Origin: an uncultured bacterium
Lineage (GTDB): Bacteria; Schekmanbacteria; GWA2-38-11; J061
Assembly (NCBI GenBank): GCA_964549305.1
Contig: CAZJVM010000004.1
Span: 13,205 to 77,204, forward strand
Reading direction: 5' to 3'
Length of the DNA stretch: 64,000 nt
In this document: piece after piece, positions 12,141 to 21,768 of the stretch
Layout: each line of letters begins with the position of its first letter
Numbering within the stretch: position 1 is the stretch's first letter
Notes under the pieces: generated by a model
Database searches by the model: none
Seen by the model: only the letters and a program-made list of their open reading frames with translations
What the model was told of the DNA's origin: nothing
Made by a program: the position numbers and the translations under genes

Positions 12141-12460
12141 TTAATACTTCAGAAAAACGCCTATTGTCAATAAAGAATGCGTATTTCGGTCAGGAGAAGA
12201 CTGCGCGCCTCCGGAAGTGCCCGGAAAATCCGTTGAATTTGTAGTACCTGCCACATATGTAAAACCGTCTGATGAAACGGCTATACAGGAAGCCTTGTCT
12301 TTCCTGCTTTCTCCGAAGTATGAAAAATAAGCAACGGCAGGGTCGCCTGTAAGGGAAGATAATTTGCCATAAGGAACAACATTAAAAGCGTAACCGGGAA
12401 ACAACAGCATCAATGAAAAAAATGCTATAAAAAGAAAAAATTTTGTCCACCACTGCTTTT
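12141..12460 (-). pseudogene. Remnant of a secreted SBBP (beta-propeller) repeat protein
   Basis: One SBBP-like unit (YFSYFGESRKDKASCIAVSSDGFTYVAGTTNSTDFPGTSG) then an early stop; the upstream in-frame signal-peptide-like stretch has no ATG. Confidence 0.55.
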
Positions 12461-12640
12461 TTTGTTAAAATTAGTTGACGCCGCCGAGGGGGAAAAAATA
12501 GAAAAACAAACTGTTGTTGTCAACATTAAATATCTTTACGCAGAAGTAAATTCTCTTGCCTTTTGAAAAGACTGTATGATAGTTTGATGCAAATTTTTGA
12601 TGGTTATCTCTCTATTATACGAAACCTTTAAGACACAGAG

Positions 12641-13204
12641 ATGAAGATAGCAAAAGACATTGAAATACTCGATGCCCACGGCCTTAAAAGAACCATCACC
12701 AGAATTACTCACCAAATCCTCGAAAACAGCAAAGGCGCAAAAGAGCTTGCAATAATCGGAATGCGTACCAGAGGAGTGTTCATTGCCGAAAGAATAGTAA
12801 AGTTAATCAAAAAAAATGAAAAAATCGATGTGCCTCTCGGCATCATAGATACGACCTTTTACAGAGACGATATCGGGCTTAAAGGCCCAAATTTCGAAAT
12901 AAAGAAAACTGAAATCGATTTTCCCCTTGAGGGCAAAACCATCGTTCTTGTCGATGATGTCCTCTACACGGGAAGGACAGTAAGGTCCGCTCTCGATGCA
13001 ATAATGGACATAGGACGTCCCGCGTGCATCAGGCTTGCCGTATTGATCGACAGGGGAAACAGGGAATTGCCCATAGAAGCAAACTTTATAGGATGCTTCG
13101 TCCCCACTACGAGGGATGAAAGCATACAGGTAAAACTCAAGGAAACTGATAAAAAAGACAAAGTACTGCTCTGCAGAAACGAAACATATGGCAAGAATAA
13201 ATAA
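12641..13204 (+). CDS. pyrR: Pyrimidine regulatory protein / uracil phosphoribosyltransferase
   Basis: GIIDTTFYRDD, LVDDVLYTGRTVRSALDA, DRGNRELPI. Confidence 0.96.
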   Translation: MKIAKDIEILDAHGLKRTITRITHQILENSKGAKELAIIGMRTRGVFIAERIVKLIKKNEKIDVPLGIIDTTFYRDDIGLKGPNFEIKKTEIDFPLEGKTIVLVDDVLYTGRTVRSALDAIMDIGRPACIRLAVLIDRGNRELPIEANFIGCFVPTTRDESIQVKLKETDKKDKVLLCRNETYGKNK

Positions 13205-14135
13205 AAGAAAGCATTTTCTCGGGATAAAGGAACTTACCAAAAAGGATATTGAAACAGTCCTTCAAACCGCAGAAGCACTAAAGGAAGTTTCGAAAAGAGA
13301 CATAAAAAAAGTTCCGGCACTGAGGGGCAGAACGATAATAAATCTCTTTTATGAACCAAGCACGAGAACAAGGACATCATTCGAACTTGCCGCAAAAAGA
13401 CTGAGCGCGGACTACCTAAGTATTTCAGTTGCCACCAGCAGTGTCCTCAAGGGCGAAACCCTGAAAGACACGGCAAAAAATATACAGGCAATGAACCCCG
13501 ATATTATAATCATCAGACATCCTCATTCAGGCGCGCCGAGAATGCTTACCGAGTGTATAGACGCATCGGTGATAAATGCCGGAGACGGATGGCATGAGCA
13601 TCCCTCACAAGCGCTTCTTGACCTTTTTACAATTAGAGAAAAGAAAAAAAGAATAGAAGGTCTGAATGTTGCCATGGTTGGGGATATTACACACAGCAGA
13701 GTTGCAAGGTCGGATATATACGCGTTGACAAAGATGGGGGCGAAGGTCACTCTTTCGGGCCCTCCCACATTAATTCCCGTGGAAGCGGAAAAACTCGGAG
13801 TGAAAGTTTGTTACGATTTTGAGAAGGTTTTGGAAAATGCCGATGTCATAATTATGCTTAGAATACAGCTTGAAAGAATAAAAGAAAATCTTTTCCCTTC
13901 TCACAGGGAATACGCGAAATTCTTCGGGCTTGACCTCTTGAAAATGAAAAAAGCCAAAAAAGACGCTCTCATAATGCATCCCGGTCCCGTTAACAGGGGA
14001 ATCGAACTTGCCCCTGAAGTTGCCGATTCTACCTATTCCGTAATTCTCGACCAGGTAACCAACGGAATCGCGGTAAGGATGGCAATGCTTTATCTGCTTC
14101 TCGGAGGAAAGGAAGAAGGTGGACTTACTAATTAA
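13188..14135 (+). CDS. pyrB: Aspartate carbamoyltransferase catalytic subunit
   Basis: FYEPSTRTRTSF, NAGDGWHEHPSQ, MHPGPVNRG. Confidence 0.98.
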   Translation: MARINKRKHFLGIKELTKKDIETVLQTAEALKEVSKRDIKKVPALRGRTIINLFYEPSTRTRTSFELAAKRLSADYLSISVATSSVLKGETLKDTAKNIQAMNPDIIIIRHPHSGAPRMLTECIDASVINAGDGWHEHPSQALLDLFTIREKKKRIEGLNVAMVGDITHSRVARSDIYALTKMGAKVTLSGPPTLIPVEAEKLGVKVCYDFEKVLENADVIIMLRIQLERIKENLFPSHREYAKFFGLDLLKMKKAKKDALIMHPGPVNRGIELAPEVADSTYSVILDQVTNGIAVRMAMLYLLLGGKEEGGLTN

Positions 14136-15414
14136 AGACGGGAAGGTAATAGACCCTTCAATTAAAACAGACGCTAAAAGGGATATTCTCGTCTCCGCGG
14201 GAAAAATCAAAAAAATCTCCGATAAAATCAATTCTAAAAAAAGCGGAAAATCCTGTCGCGTTATCGATGCCCGGGGGCATTTGGTCGTACCGGGATTGAT
14301 TGATATGCATACTCATTTAAGGGAACCGGGAAGAGAAGACGAGGAAACGATTGAAACAGCGTCAAACGCCGCTGTTTGGGGCGGATTTACATCAATAGTC
14401 GCAATGCCGAACACCGATCCCGTTAACGACAACCGTTCAACTACGGAATTCATAATTAAAAAAGGCCGTGACATCGCTCTTGCGAATATATTCGCCATGG
14501 GGGCAATAACTAAATCGATGGAAGGCAGACAACTGAGTGATATTGGCGAAATGGCTGAAGCGGGATGCATAGGATTCACGGAAGACGGAAAATCCGTAAT
14601 GAATTCCCGAACTTTAAGACGGGCAATGGAATATATGAAAATGTTCCATCTTCCCGCAATGTCACATTGTGAAGACCAAACTCTTTCAAATGAAGGGGTT
14701 ATGCACGAAGGTTTTATGTCAACTGAGCTTGGCCTGGCGGGAATTCCCCGTGAAGCAGAGGAAATAATAGCGTCAAGAGATATCGCTCTTGCTAAAATGA
14801 CAGGAGTGAACCTTCATATAACCCACGTAAGTTCGGCAGGGACAGTGGAAATAATCCGTCAGGCGAAGAAGAAAGGAATTAATGTTACCGCGGACGCGAC
14901 TCCTCATCACTTCACGCTTTCAGACGACAGACTTAAAACATACAATACCAACCTCAAGATGAATCCTCCTCTTCGCACGAAAAAGGATATAAAGGCACTT
15001 ATAAGGGGGTTCAAAGACGGAACTATAGACGCAATCGCAACCGACCACGCGCCTCATCATTCAGCCGAAAAGGATGTGGAGTTCAACATTGCGCCTTTCG
15101 GAATTTTAGGGCTTCAAACCGCTCTTCCTCTTGCCCTGAAATTATATTATTCAAAAAAGCTTTCCCTAAACAGAGTGATAGAATTAATGACCTCATCACC
15201 TGCAAAAATTCTCAAATTAACCGGCAAAGGATCTCTTCGGGAAGGAAACGACGCGGATATAACGATTATTGACCCGAGTTTGGAGTACACCTTCAATAAA
15301 AGTGACATACAATCCCTCAGTCATAATTCACCGTTTATAGGATGGTCATTAAAGGGCAGGGCAGTGACCACGATTGTTGCCGGCAAAATAGCATACCGCC
15401 ATCCGAAATGCTGA
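14119..15414 (+). CDS. pyrC: Dihydroorotase (type I)
   Basis: PGLIDMHTHLREPG, MPNT, KMNPPLR, IATDHAPH. Confidence 0.97.
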   Translation: MDLLIKDGKVIDPSIKTDAKRDILVSAGKIKKISDKINSKKSGKSCRVIDARGHLVVPGLIDMHTHLREPGREDEETIETASNAAVWGGFTSIVAMPNTDPVNDNRSTTEFIIKKGRDIALANIFAMGAITKSMEGRQLSDIGEMAEAGCIGFTEDGKSVMNSRTLRRAMEYMKMFHLPAMSHCEDQTLSNEGVMHEGFMSTELGLAGIPREAEEIIASRDIALAKMTGVNLHITHVSSAGTVEIIRQAKKKGINVTADATPHHFTLSDDRLKTYNTNLKMNPPLRTKKDIKALIRGFKDGTIDAIATDHAPHHSAEKDVEFNIAPFGILGLQTALPLALKLYYSKKLSLNRVIELMTSSPAKILKLTGKGSLREGNDADITIIDPSLEYTFNKSDIQSLSHNSPFIGWSLKGRAVTTIVAGKIAYRHPKC

Positions 15415-16211
15415 TTCCCATTATATTAAATAAAAAAATTTCTTCCGATACTTTTATAGCATCCCTTGACTACAGAAGTTTGCCTGCCACGAATATTATT
15501 CCGGGACAATTTTATATGATGGGAATTCCGGGCCATTGCGAACTTGTTTTGAGAAGACCCTTCAGTGTCTGTGATTTTGACGGAAAAACCCTTAAAATTG
15601 CCTACAAAGTAGTCGGCAAAGGCACATCGGTTCTTTCAACACTTAAAAAGGGCAGTACCGTTGACCTCCTCGGACCTTTCGGCAACGGATTTCAGTACGA
15701 CAGAGCGGAAGAGAAAGCGATATTCGTCGCGGGAGGAATAGGAATCGCACCATTTCTTTATTTTGCGAAAAAACTCTTAAAAGAATCTAAAGGGAGAAAG
15801 TCCTTAACTCTCTTGTATGGTGGGAGAACCGTAACTGACCTTTCCTTTAAAAAATATTTTAATAAACTTACCGATGAAACAATCATTTCAACTGAGGACG
15901 GAAGCGAAGGAGACAAAGGATTTGTAACCGATGTTCTTGAGAAAAAATTAAAAATACTGTTAAAGAATAAAAAGAGCGATGTCAAAATGTATGCAAGCGG
16001 ACCAAGGGCGATGCTCAAAAAGATTGATGGTATTTCAAGGCAACACATGATTCCATGCCAGTTGTCCGCCGAAACGATAATGGGATGCGGATACGGAATT
16101 TGTCTGGGATGTGTTTTGGAAAAGAACAAGAATAGGCAAAAGAAAGAAAAGAAGCATACCCTTGTCTGCAAAGACGGTCCCGTATTTCAAAGCGGTGAAA
16201 TAGATTGGTAA
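15408..16211 (+). CDS. pyrK: Dihydroorotate dehydrogenase electron transfer subunit
   Basis: LRRPFS, GPFGNGF, AGGIGIAP, MGCGYGICLGC...VCKDGPVF; start at ATG 15408. Confidence 0.95.
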   Translation: MLIPIILNKKISSDTFIASLDYRSLPATNIIPGQFYMMGIPGHCELVLRRPFSVCDFDGKTLKIAYKVVGKGTSVLSTLKKGSTVDLLGPFGNGFQYDRAEEKAIFVAGGIGIAPFLYFAKKLLKESKGRKSLTLLYGGRTVTDLSFKKYFNKLTDETIISTEDGSEGDKGFVTDVLEKKLKILLKNKKSDVKMYASGPRAMLKKIDGISRQHMIPCQLSAETIMGCGYGICLGCVLEKNKNRQKKEKKHTLVCKDGPVFQSGEIDW

Positions 16212-17161
16212 AATCAAAAAATAAAAAAAAACGCTCTGTTACTGAAAAATCCGTAAATCTTTCCGTCTCAGTTGCGGGAATAAAATTCAGTAATCCCGTT
16301 ATCCTCGCCTCAGGCACTTGCGGATACGGAAAGGAAATTTCTGAATTTATAGATCTTAATGAAATAGGAGGAATCACCACAAAAGGGCTTTCCTTAAAAC
16401 CGAGAGACGGCAATTCTCCGCCGAGAATTTACGAAACGTCTTCAGGTGTGCTGAATTCAATAGGGCTTGAAAACGTAGGCGTCGAAAAATTCATTTCCGA
16501 TTACCTTCCATTTCTGAATACCTTTAAAACCAATGTTATCGCGAATATTTTCGGAAATTCCATTGACGAATACAGAGAGATTGCCAAAATCATTTCTTCA
16601 CAAAAGGGAATTTCCGCAATCGAAATAAACGCGTCCTGTCCCAATGTCAAAAAAGGAGGGCTCGAATTCGGGAAAACCGCTTTGGGCGCGGGACATCTCG
16701 TCGAAAAAGTAAAGGCGGTTTCCAAAATCCCCGTAATAATGAAACTTTCCCCCAATGTTTCCGATATCGGCGAAATTGCAAAAGCTTCGCAATCGGCAGG
16801 CGCCGACGCGCTCTCGCTCATAAACACTCTTGTGGGAATGTCAATTAATGCGAAAACAAAAAAACCACGCCTGTCAACGGTTACGGGGGGTCTTTCCGGG
16901 CCTGCCATAAAACCCGTCGCACTTGCAATGGTATGGAAAGTGAAAAATGCGGTTAAAATACCCTTGGTCGGAATGGGCGGAATAATGGACGGCAGTGATG
17001 CCGTTGAATTCCTCGTTGCAGGCGCGTCAGCGGTTGCAATAGGCACCGCAAGCATGGTCAACCCCTATTCGGCAATAGAGATTATCGAAGGAATAAAGAA
17101 TTTTTGTTCAAATAACGATATTCGTTCCGTATCTAAATTGACAGGCAGTTTAAAGACATGA
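16205..17161 (+). CDS. pyrD: Dihydroorotate dehydrogenase family 1B, catalytic subunit
   Basis: ASGTCG, NSIGLEN, EINASCPN, KLSPNV, GGLSGPAIKP. Confidence 0.97.
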   Translation: MVKSKNKKKRSVTEKSVNLSVSVAGIKFSNPVILASGTCGYGKEISEFIDLNEIGGITTKGLSLKPRDGNSPPRIYETSSGVLNSIGLENVGVEKFISDYLPFLNTFKTNVIANIFGNSIDEYREIAKIISSQKGISAIEINASCPNVKKGGLEFGKTALGAGHLVEKVKAVSKIPVIMKLSPNVSDIGEIAKASQSAGADALSLINTLVGMSINAKTKKPRLSTVTGGLSGPAIKPVALAMVWKVKNAVKIPLVGMGGIMDGSDAVEFLVAGASAVAIGTASMVNPYSAIEIIEGIKNFCSNNDIRSVSKLTGSLKT

Positions 17162-17673
17162 AAATTTCCTCGAGAATTCTTGAATTATCTGTCATCATTT
17201 CGGTTCTCATATGCGATCAGATAACAAAGCTGATAGTTCAGAAATATATGTTTCCGTCACAAAGCTTTGACATAATCAAAGGGTATTTCAACATTACATA
17301 TGTTCTTAACAAAGGCGCCGCATTTGGAATTCTTTCGAATCTCAGCCCATCGGTGAGAAAACCCTTTTTCATAACAATCAGCTTGTTGGCGCTGGGGCTG
17401 ATTATATACCTTCTCTTCGATACTGACAAAAAAGAGAAACTATTGAGGATATCCTACGGAATGATTCTTTCCGGTGCATTGGGAAATCTTATTGACCGTA
17501 TTTTTTTGGGAGAAGTAAGGGATTTTCTCGATTTTTACTGGAAATCATACCATTGGCCCGCTTTCAATATTGCGGATTCCGCGATTTGCGTAGGCACGGG
17601 AATTCTCGTAATAGGCATTTTCTTCTCGGAAAAAACGGCTGAAAATGACAGCGGAAAAGCTGAATCCCGCTGA
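17158..17673 (+). CDS. lspA: Lipoprotein signal peptidase II
   Basis: DQITK, NKGAAFG, GALGNLIDR, VRDFLD, WPAFNIADSAI. Confidence 0.96.
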   Translation: MKISSRILELSVIISVLICDQITKLIVQKYMFPSQSFDIIKGYFNITYVLNKGAAFGILSNLSPSVRKPFFITISLLALGLIIYLLFDTDKKEKLLRISYGMILSGALGNLIDRIFLGEVRDFLDFYWKSYHWPAFNIADSAICVGTGILVIGIFFSEKTAENDSGKAESR

Positions 17674-17789
17674 GCAAAATTCTGATAAAGCATTATTTTA
17701 AAAAAATTGCTTGAATTCGTAACAAAATTACTGCAAATGCTCTTCTTTAAACAGAGAAGAAAAAATCCCAGAAACTCGGAGACAAGGTT

Positions 17790-20700
17790 TTGCCAAAACG
17801 TACAGATATTCATAAAATTCTCTTAATCGGCTCAGGCCCCATTGTCATAGGACAGGCATGTGAATTCGACTATTCCGGCACGCAGGCCTGTAAGGCACTG
17901 AAGGAGGAAGGTTACCAGACAGTACTTGTAAACAGTAATCCCGCAACAATAATGACAGACCCCGAAATGTCGGACTCCACCTACATTGAACCTCTTGAGG
18001 CGGAAACACTTGAAAAAATAATCGCGAAAGAAAGTCCTGACGCGCTGCTGCCTACCATAGGAGGCCAGACAGGACTCAATATTTCCGTAGAGCTTCACAA
18101 AAAAGGCATCCTCGACAAATACGGCGTTGAGATGATTGGCGCAAATATCGACGCAATAGAAAAAGCTGAGGACAGAAACCTTTTTAAAAAGGCGATTACG
18201 AATATCGGACTGAACATACCACCAAGCGGATATGTTACATCGGAGAAAGAAGCGCAGGAGGTCATAAAGGAGATAGGTTTCCCAGCTATAATCAGGCCCT
18301 CTTTCACATTGGGAGGCACCGGAGGAAACATTGCCTATAACCGGGAAGAGTTCAGAGAGTATGTCAACTGGGGACTTTCCGCGAGTCCTTTCAGCCAGAT
18401 TCTCATAGAAAAATCCCTCATCGGATGGAAAGAATTCGAATTGGAAGTAATGAGAGATTCCAGAGACAATGTGGTAATTATATGCACTATAGAAAACTTT
18501 GACCCTATGGGAGTCCACACGGGCGACAGCATTACCGTTGCGCCGGCACAAACTCTTACGGATAAGGAATATCAGATTCTGCGGAACGCTTCGATTGACA
18601 TCATAAGGGAAATCGGAGTGGATACCGGCGGATCAAACATACAGTTTGCCGTAAACCCGGAAAACGGAGAAATGTTCGTAATTGAAATGAATCCGAGGGT
18701 TTCAAGGTCATCGGCGCTCGCTTCGAAAGCTACCGGTTTCCCTATTGCTAAAATTGCCGCGAAACTTGCAATAGGTCTGACACTCGATGAAATTCCCAAT
18801 GACATAACAAAAATGACACCTGCGTCATTCGAACCCACTATAGATTACTGCGTAGTAAAGTTCCCGCGCTTTACATTCGAAAAATTTCCCAAGGCCGACC
18901 AAACTCTTACGACTCAGATGAAATCCGTAGGGGAAGTAATGACGATAGGACGGACATTCAAGGAATCCCTGCAAAAAGCAATCCGCTCTCTTGAAATTGA
19001 AATTAAAACACTGGAAATCTACAAAGAGGCAAAACAACTTACCGATGAATTCATAAAAGAGAAGCTCAAAGTGCCAAACTGGCAGAGGGTTTGGTTTATC
19101 GGAGAAGCTATCAGAAGAAAAATTCCGATTAAGGAAATTTATGATATTTCAGGCATAGACCCTTGGTTTTTAAATAATATACGGGAAATTTCGGAATATG
19201 AAACTATGATTCTGGAAAAAATTCCCGCGGAAAAAGAAAATGCTCGAAAATTGAAGCAGGCAAACCCAACCGATAATGACAGAGGCAGTGACCTTGCAAT
19301 GATGATAAGAAGAGGGAAAGAACTAGGTTTCTCGGACGATTTTTTTAGCAAAAAACTCGATATGAGTGAAATCGACTTCAGGGCATTGAGAAAAAAACTT
19401 TCCATTGAAGCCGTTTTCAAAATGGTTGATACCTGCGCTGCGGAATTTGAAGCATTCACTCCCTATCTTTATTCCACTTATGAAAGCGAATGCGAAGCAA
19501 ATCCGTCGCAGAGGAGGAAAATCGTAATCCTTGGAGGCGGACCGAACAGAATCGGTCAGGGAATCGAATTTGACTACTGCTGCGTGCATGCGGCAATGGC
19601 TTTAAAGAAAGACGGCTTCGAAACAATTATGGTTAACTGCAATCCCGAAACGGTAAGCACCGATTATGACACTTCGGACAGACTCTATTTCGAACCTCTC
19701 ACATATGAAGAAGTTATGAATATCGTTGAAAAAGAAAAACCGGAGGGAGTCATTGTACAGTTTGGGGGACAGACTCCTTTAAAGCTTTCGAAAATTCTCA
19801 AGGAGAGCGGAGTCAACATTCTGGGGACCTCTCCCGAATCCATCGACCTTGCCGAAGACAGGGAAAAGTTCAAAGATGTTATTGCCGAATTAAATTTTCT
19901 CCAGCCTCCAAACGGCATTGCAACATCCCTGGAATCTGCCGTAAAGGAAGCCGAAAAGATCGGTTATCCGGTACTGCTTCGCCCTTCGTATGTCCTTGGA
20001 GGCAGGGCAATGGAAATAGTATATGACAAAGAGGGATTGGAAAGATATATGAAGTTTGCCCTTCGCGTCTCTCCCGAGCACCCCATTCTCATAGACAAAT
20101 TTCTTATCGATGCCATTGAAATAGATGTGGACGCAATATGCGACGGGAAACTCTGCGTCATTGCGGGAGTGATGGAGCATATAGAAGAAGCGGGAATTCA
20201 CTCCGGTGACAGCGCGTGCTCACTGCCTCCATATTCCCTGAAAAAAGAAATCATAGAAGAGATAAAAAATCAGACAAGAAGAATGGCATTCAAGCTTAAT
20301 GTGAAAGGACTTATAAATATACAGTTCGCCATTAAAAACGAAGAAATATTTTTACTTGAAGTCAATCCCCGCGCTTCAAGGACAATACCTTTTGTAAGCA
20401 AAACAGTAGGTCTCCCCTTCGCAAAAATAGCGGCAAGAGTAATGGCAGGAAAAACTCTTTCAGAGCTTGGCATTGAATCAGAGGCAAGCATAAACCATAT
20501 CGCTGTGAAAGAAGCGGTTTTCCCGTTCATAAAGTTTCCCGGTGTAGACACTATTTTAGGCCCCGAAATGAAATCTACGGGAGAAGTAATGGGAATCGAC
20601 TCAGATTTCGGAAGAGCGTTTTATAAATCTCAGATTGCCGCGGGGACAAAACTTCCCAAGGAAGGGAATGTATTTATAAGCGTTAAAGACGAGGATAAGG

Positions 20701-21065
20701 GGTTTGCGATTTCATTGGCAAAAAAGCTTGATGATATGGGTTTTCACATAATGGCAACAAAAGGAACTCATGAAATATTTAGAATAAAAGGCATCGAATC
20801 AACATTTGTTAAAAAAGTTCAGGAAGGAAGACCGCATATTGTCGATGTTCTGAAAGACGGTAAAATTAACCTTGTAATAAATACCACATCGGGGAAACAG
20901 TCTGTGGAGGATTCCTTTTCCTTGCGAAGGACAACTCTTGTAAAAAATATTCCTTACTGTACGACTATGGCAGGTGCAACTGCGGCAGTAAGGGGAATTG
21001 AATCACTGCTAAAAGGAAATCTAGCTGTAACATCGCTTCAGGAATATTATAAAAGTGACAAATAA
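17790..21065 (+). CDS. carB: Carbamoyl-phosphate synthase large subunit
   Basis: [32 protein letters not shown]; duplicated ATP-grasp halves; C-terminal MGS domain. Confidence 0.99.
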   Translation: MPKRTDIHKILLIGSGPIVIGQACEFDYSGTQACKALKEEGYQTVLVNSNPATIMTDPEMSDSTYIEPLEAETLEKIIAKESPDALLPTIGGQTGLNISVELHKKGILDKYGVEMIGANIDAIEKAEDRNLFKKAITNIGLNIPPSGYVTSEKEAQEVIKEIGFPAIIRPSFTLGGTGGNIAYNREEFREYVNWGLSASPFSQILIEKSLIGWKEFELEVMRDSRDNVVIICTIENFDPMGVHTGDSITVAPAQTLTDKEYQILRNASIDIIREIGVDTGGSNIQFAVNPENGEMFVIEMNPRVSRSSALASKATGFPIAKIAAKLAIGLTLDEIPNDITKMTPASFEPTIDYCVVKFPRFTFEKFPKADQTLTTQMKSVGEVMTIGRTFKESLQKAIRSLEIEIKTLEIYKEAKQLTDEFIKEKLKVPNWQRVWFIGEAIRRKIPIKEIYDISGIDPWFLNNIREISEYETMILEKIPAEKENARKLKQANPTDNDRGSDLAMMIRRGKELGFSDDFFSKKLDMSEIDFRALRKKLSIEAVFKMVDTCAAEFEAFTPYLYSTYESECEANPSQRRKIVILGGGPNRIGQGIEFDYCCVHAAMALKKDGFETIMVNCNPETVSTDYDTSDRLYFEPLTYEEVMNIVEKEKPEGVIVQFGGQTPLKLSKILKESGVNILGTSPESIDLAEDREKFKDVIAELNFLQPPNGIATSLESAVKEAEKIGYPVLLRPSYVLGGRAMEIVYDKEGLERYMKFALRVSPEHPILIDKFLIDAIEIDVDAICDGKLCVIAGVMEHIEEAGIHSGDSACSLPPYSLKKEIIEEIKNQTRRMAFKLNVKGLINIQFAIKNEEIFLLEVNPRASRTIPFVSKTVGLPFAKIAARVMAGKTLSELGIESEASINHIAVKEAVFPFIKFPGVDTILGPEMKSTGEVMGIDSDFGRAFYKSQIAAGTKLPKEGNVFISVKDEDKGFAISLAKKLDDMGFHIMATKGTHEIFRIKGIESTFVKKVQEGRPHIVDVLKDGKINLVINTTSGKQSVEDSFSLRRTTLVKNIPYCTTMAGATAAVRGIESLLKGNLAVTSLQEYYKSDK

Positions 21066-21196
21066 AGTCACTTTTTATGACCTTTAGTGTCACTTTTTTA
21101 CTATTCATTTTTATATTTTTCTTCTTCTTCTATTTCTTTCCCGTTAACATACTGATTAATAGCTTTTTTTAAAATAATCTTAATTTTTTTTCTTTA

Positions 21197-21212
21197 TGGC
21201 ACGATAGTTGCA
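21197..21212 (+). promoter_or_regulatory. Sigma54 -24/-12 promoter of pilA
   Basis: TGGCACGATAGTTGCA matches TGGCAC-N5-TTGCA, 40 bp upstream of the pilin ATG. Confidence 0.9.
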
Positions 21213-21251
21213 TATCTACTTACAAACGAACAATTGAAAGGAGGTGCAGTT

Positions 21252-21701
21252 ATGTTTAGAAGAATCAAGGAAAGAAAAGGTTTTACACTCATTGAGCTGA
21301 TGATTGTTGTTGCAATTATCGGTATTCTCGCCGCAATAGCCATCCCGAACTTTCTGAAGTTTCAGGCAAAAGCGAAACAGTCTGAAGCAAAGAACAACCT
21401 TTCTGCGATATTTACATCACAGATTAGCTATTTTGGTGAGAACAATGCATTCGGATCAACTTTTCCAGCTTTAAACTTTAGCCCTGAAGGTTCGACAAGA
21501 TATGAATATTTCTTGGCGTCAGGTGAAACAACGGGGTCCATATCCGGTGAAACAATGCCTGCAAATGTTGCAGTCGCGACAAATGCCTTTACGGCAGGCG
21601 CATCTGGAAACATTGACACGGAAACCACATACAAAGACGTTTGGGAGATTAATGACGCGAAGAATCTCACAAACACGACAAATGACGTTTCACAAGATTA
21701 A
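21252..21701 (+). CDS. pilA: Type IVa major pilin
   Basis: [26 protein letters not shown] class III signal with E5; SD aaggagg before ATG 21252; sigma54 promoter and terminator. Confidence 0.92.
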   Translation: MFRRIKERKGFTLIELMIVVAIIGILAAIAIPNFLKFQAKAKQSEAKNNLSAIFTSQISYFGENNAFGSTFPALNFSPEGSTRYEYFLASGETTGSISGETMPANVAVATNAFTAGASGNIDTETTYKDVWEINDAKNLTNTTNDVSQD

Positions 21702-21717
21702 CATTTAGAAATGTTGT

Positions 21718-21752
21718 AAAGGGAGGATATGAAAAATATCCTCCCTTTTTTT
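21718..21752 (+). terminator. Intrinsic terminator after pilA
   Basis: aaagggaggatat-gaaaa-atatcctcccttt followed by a T run. Confidence 0.85.
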
Positions 21753-21768
21753 ATTTAAATAAAAATTT

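Noticed and set aside
12620-12645. PyrR-binding attenuator (CCTTTAAG...CAGAGA before pyrR)
   Set aside because: Only fragments of the consensus; no AGUCCnGnGAGGCU stem-loop and no terminator.
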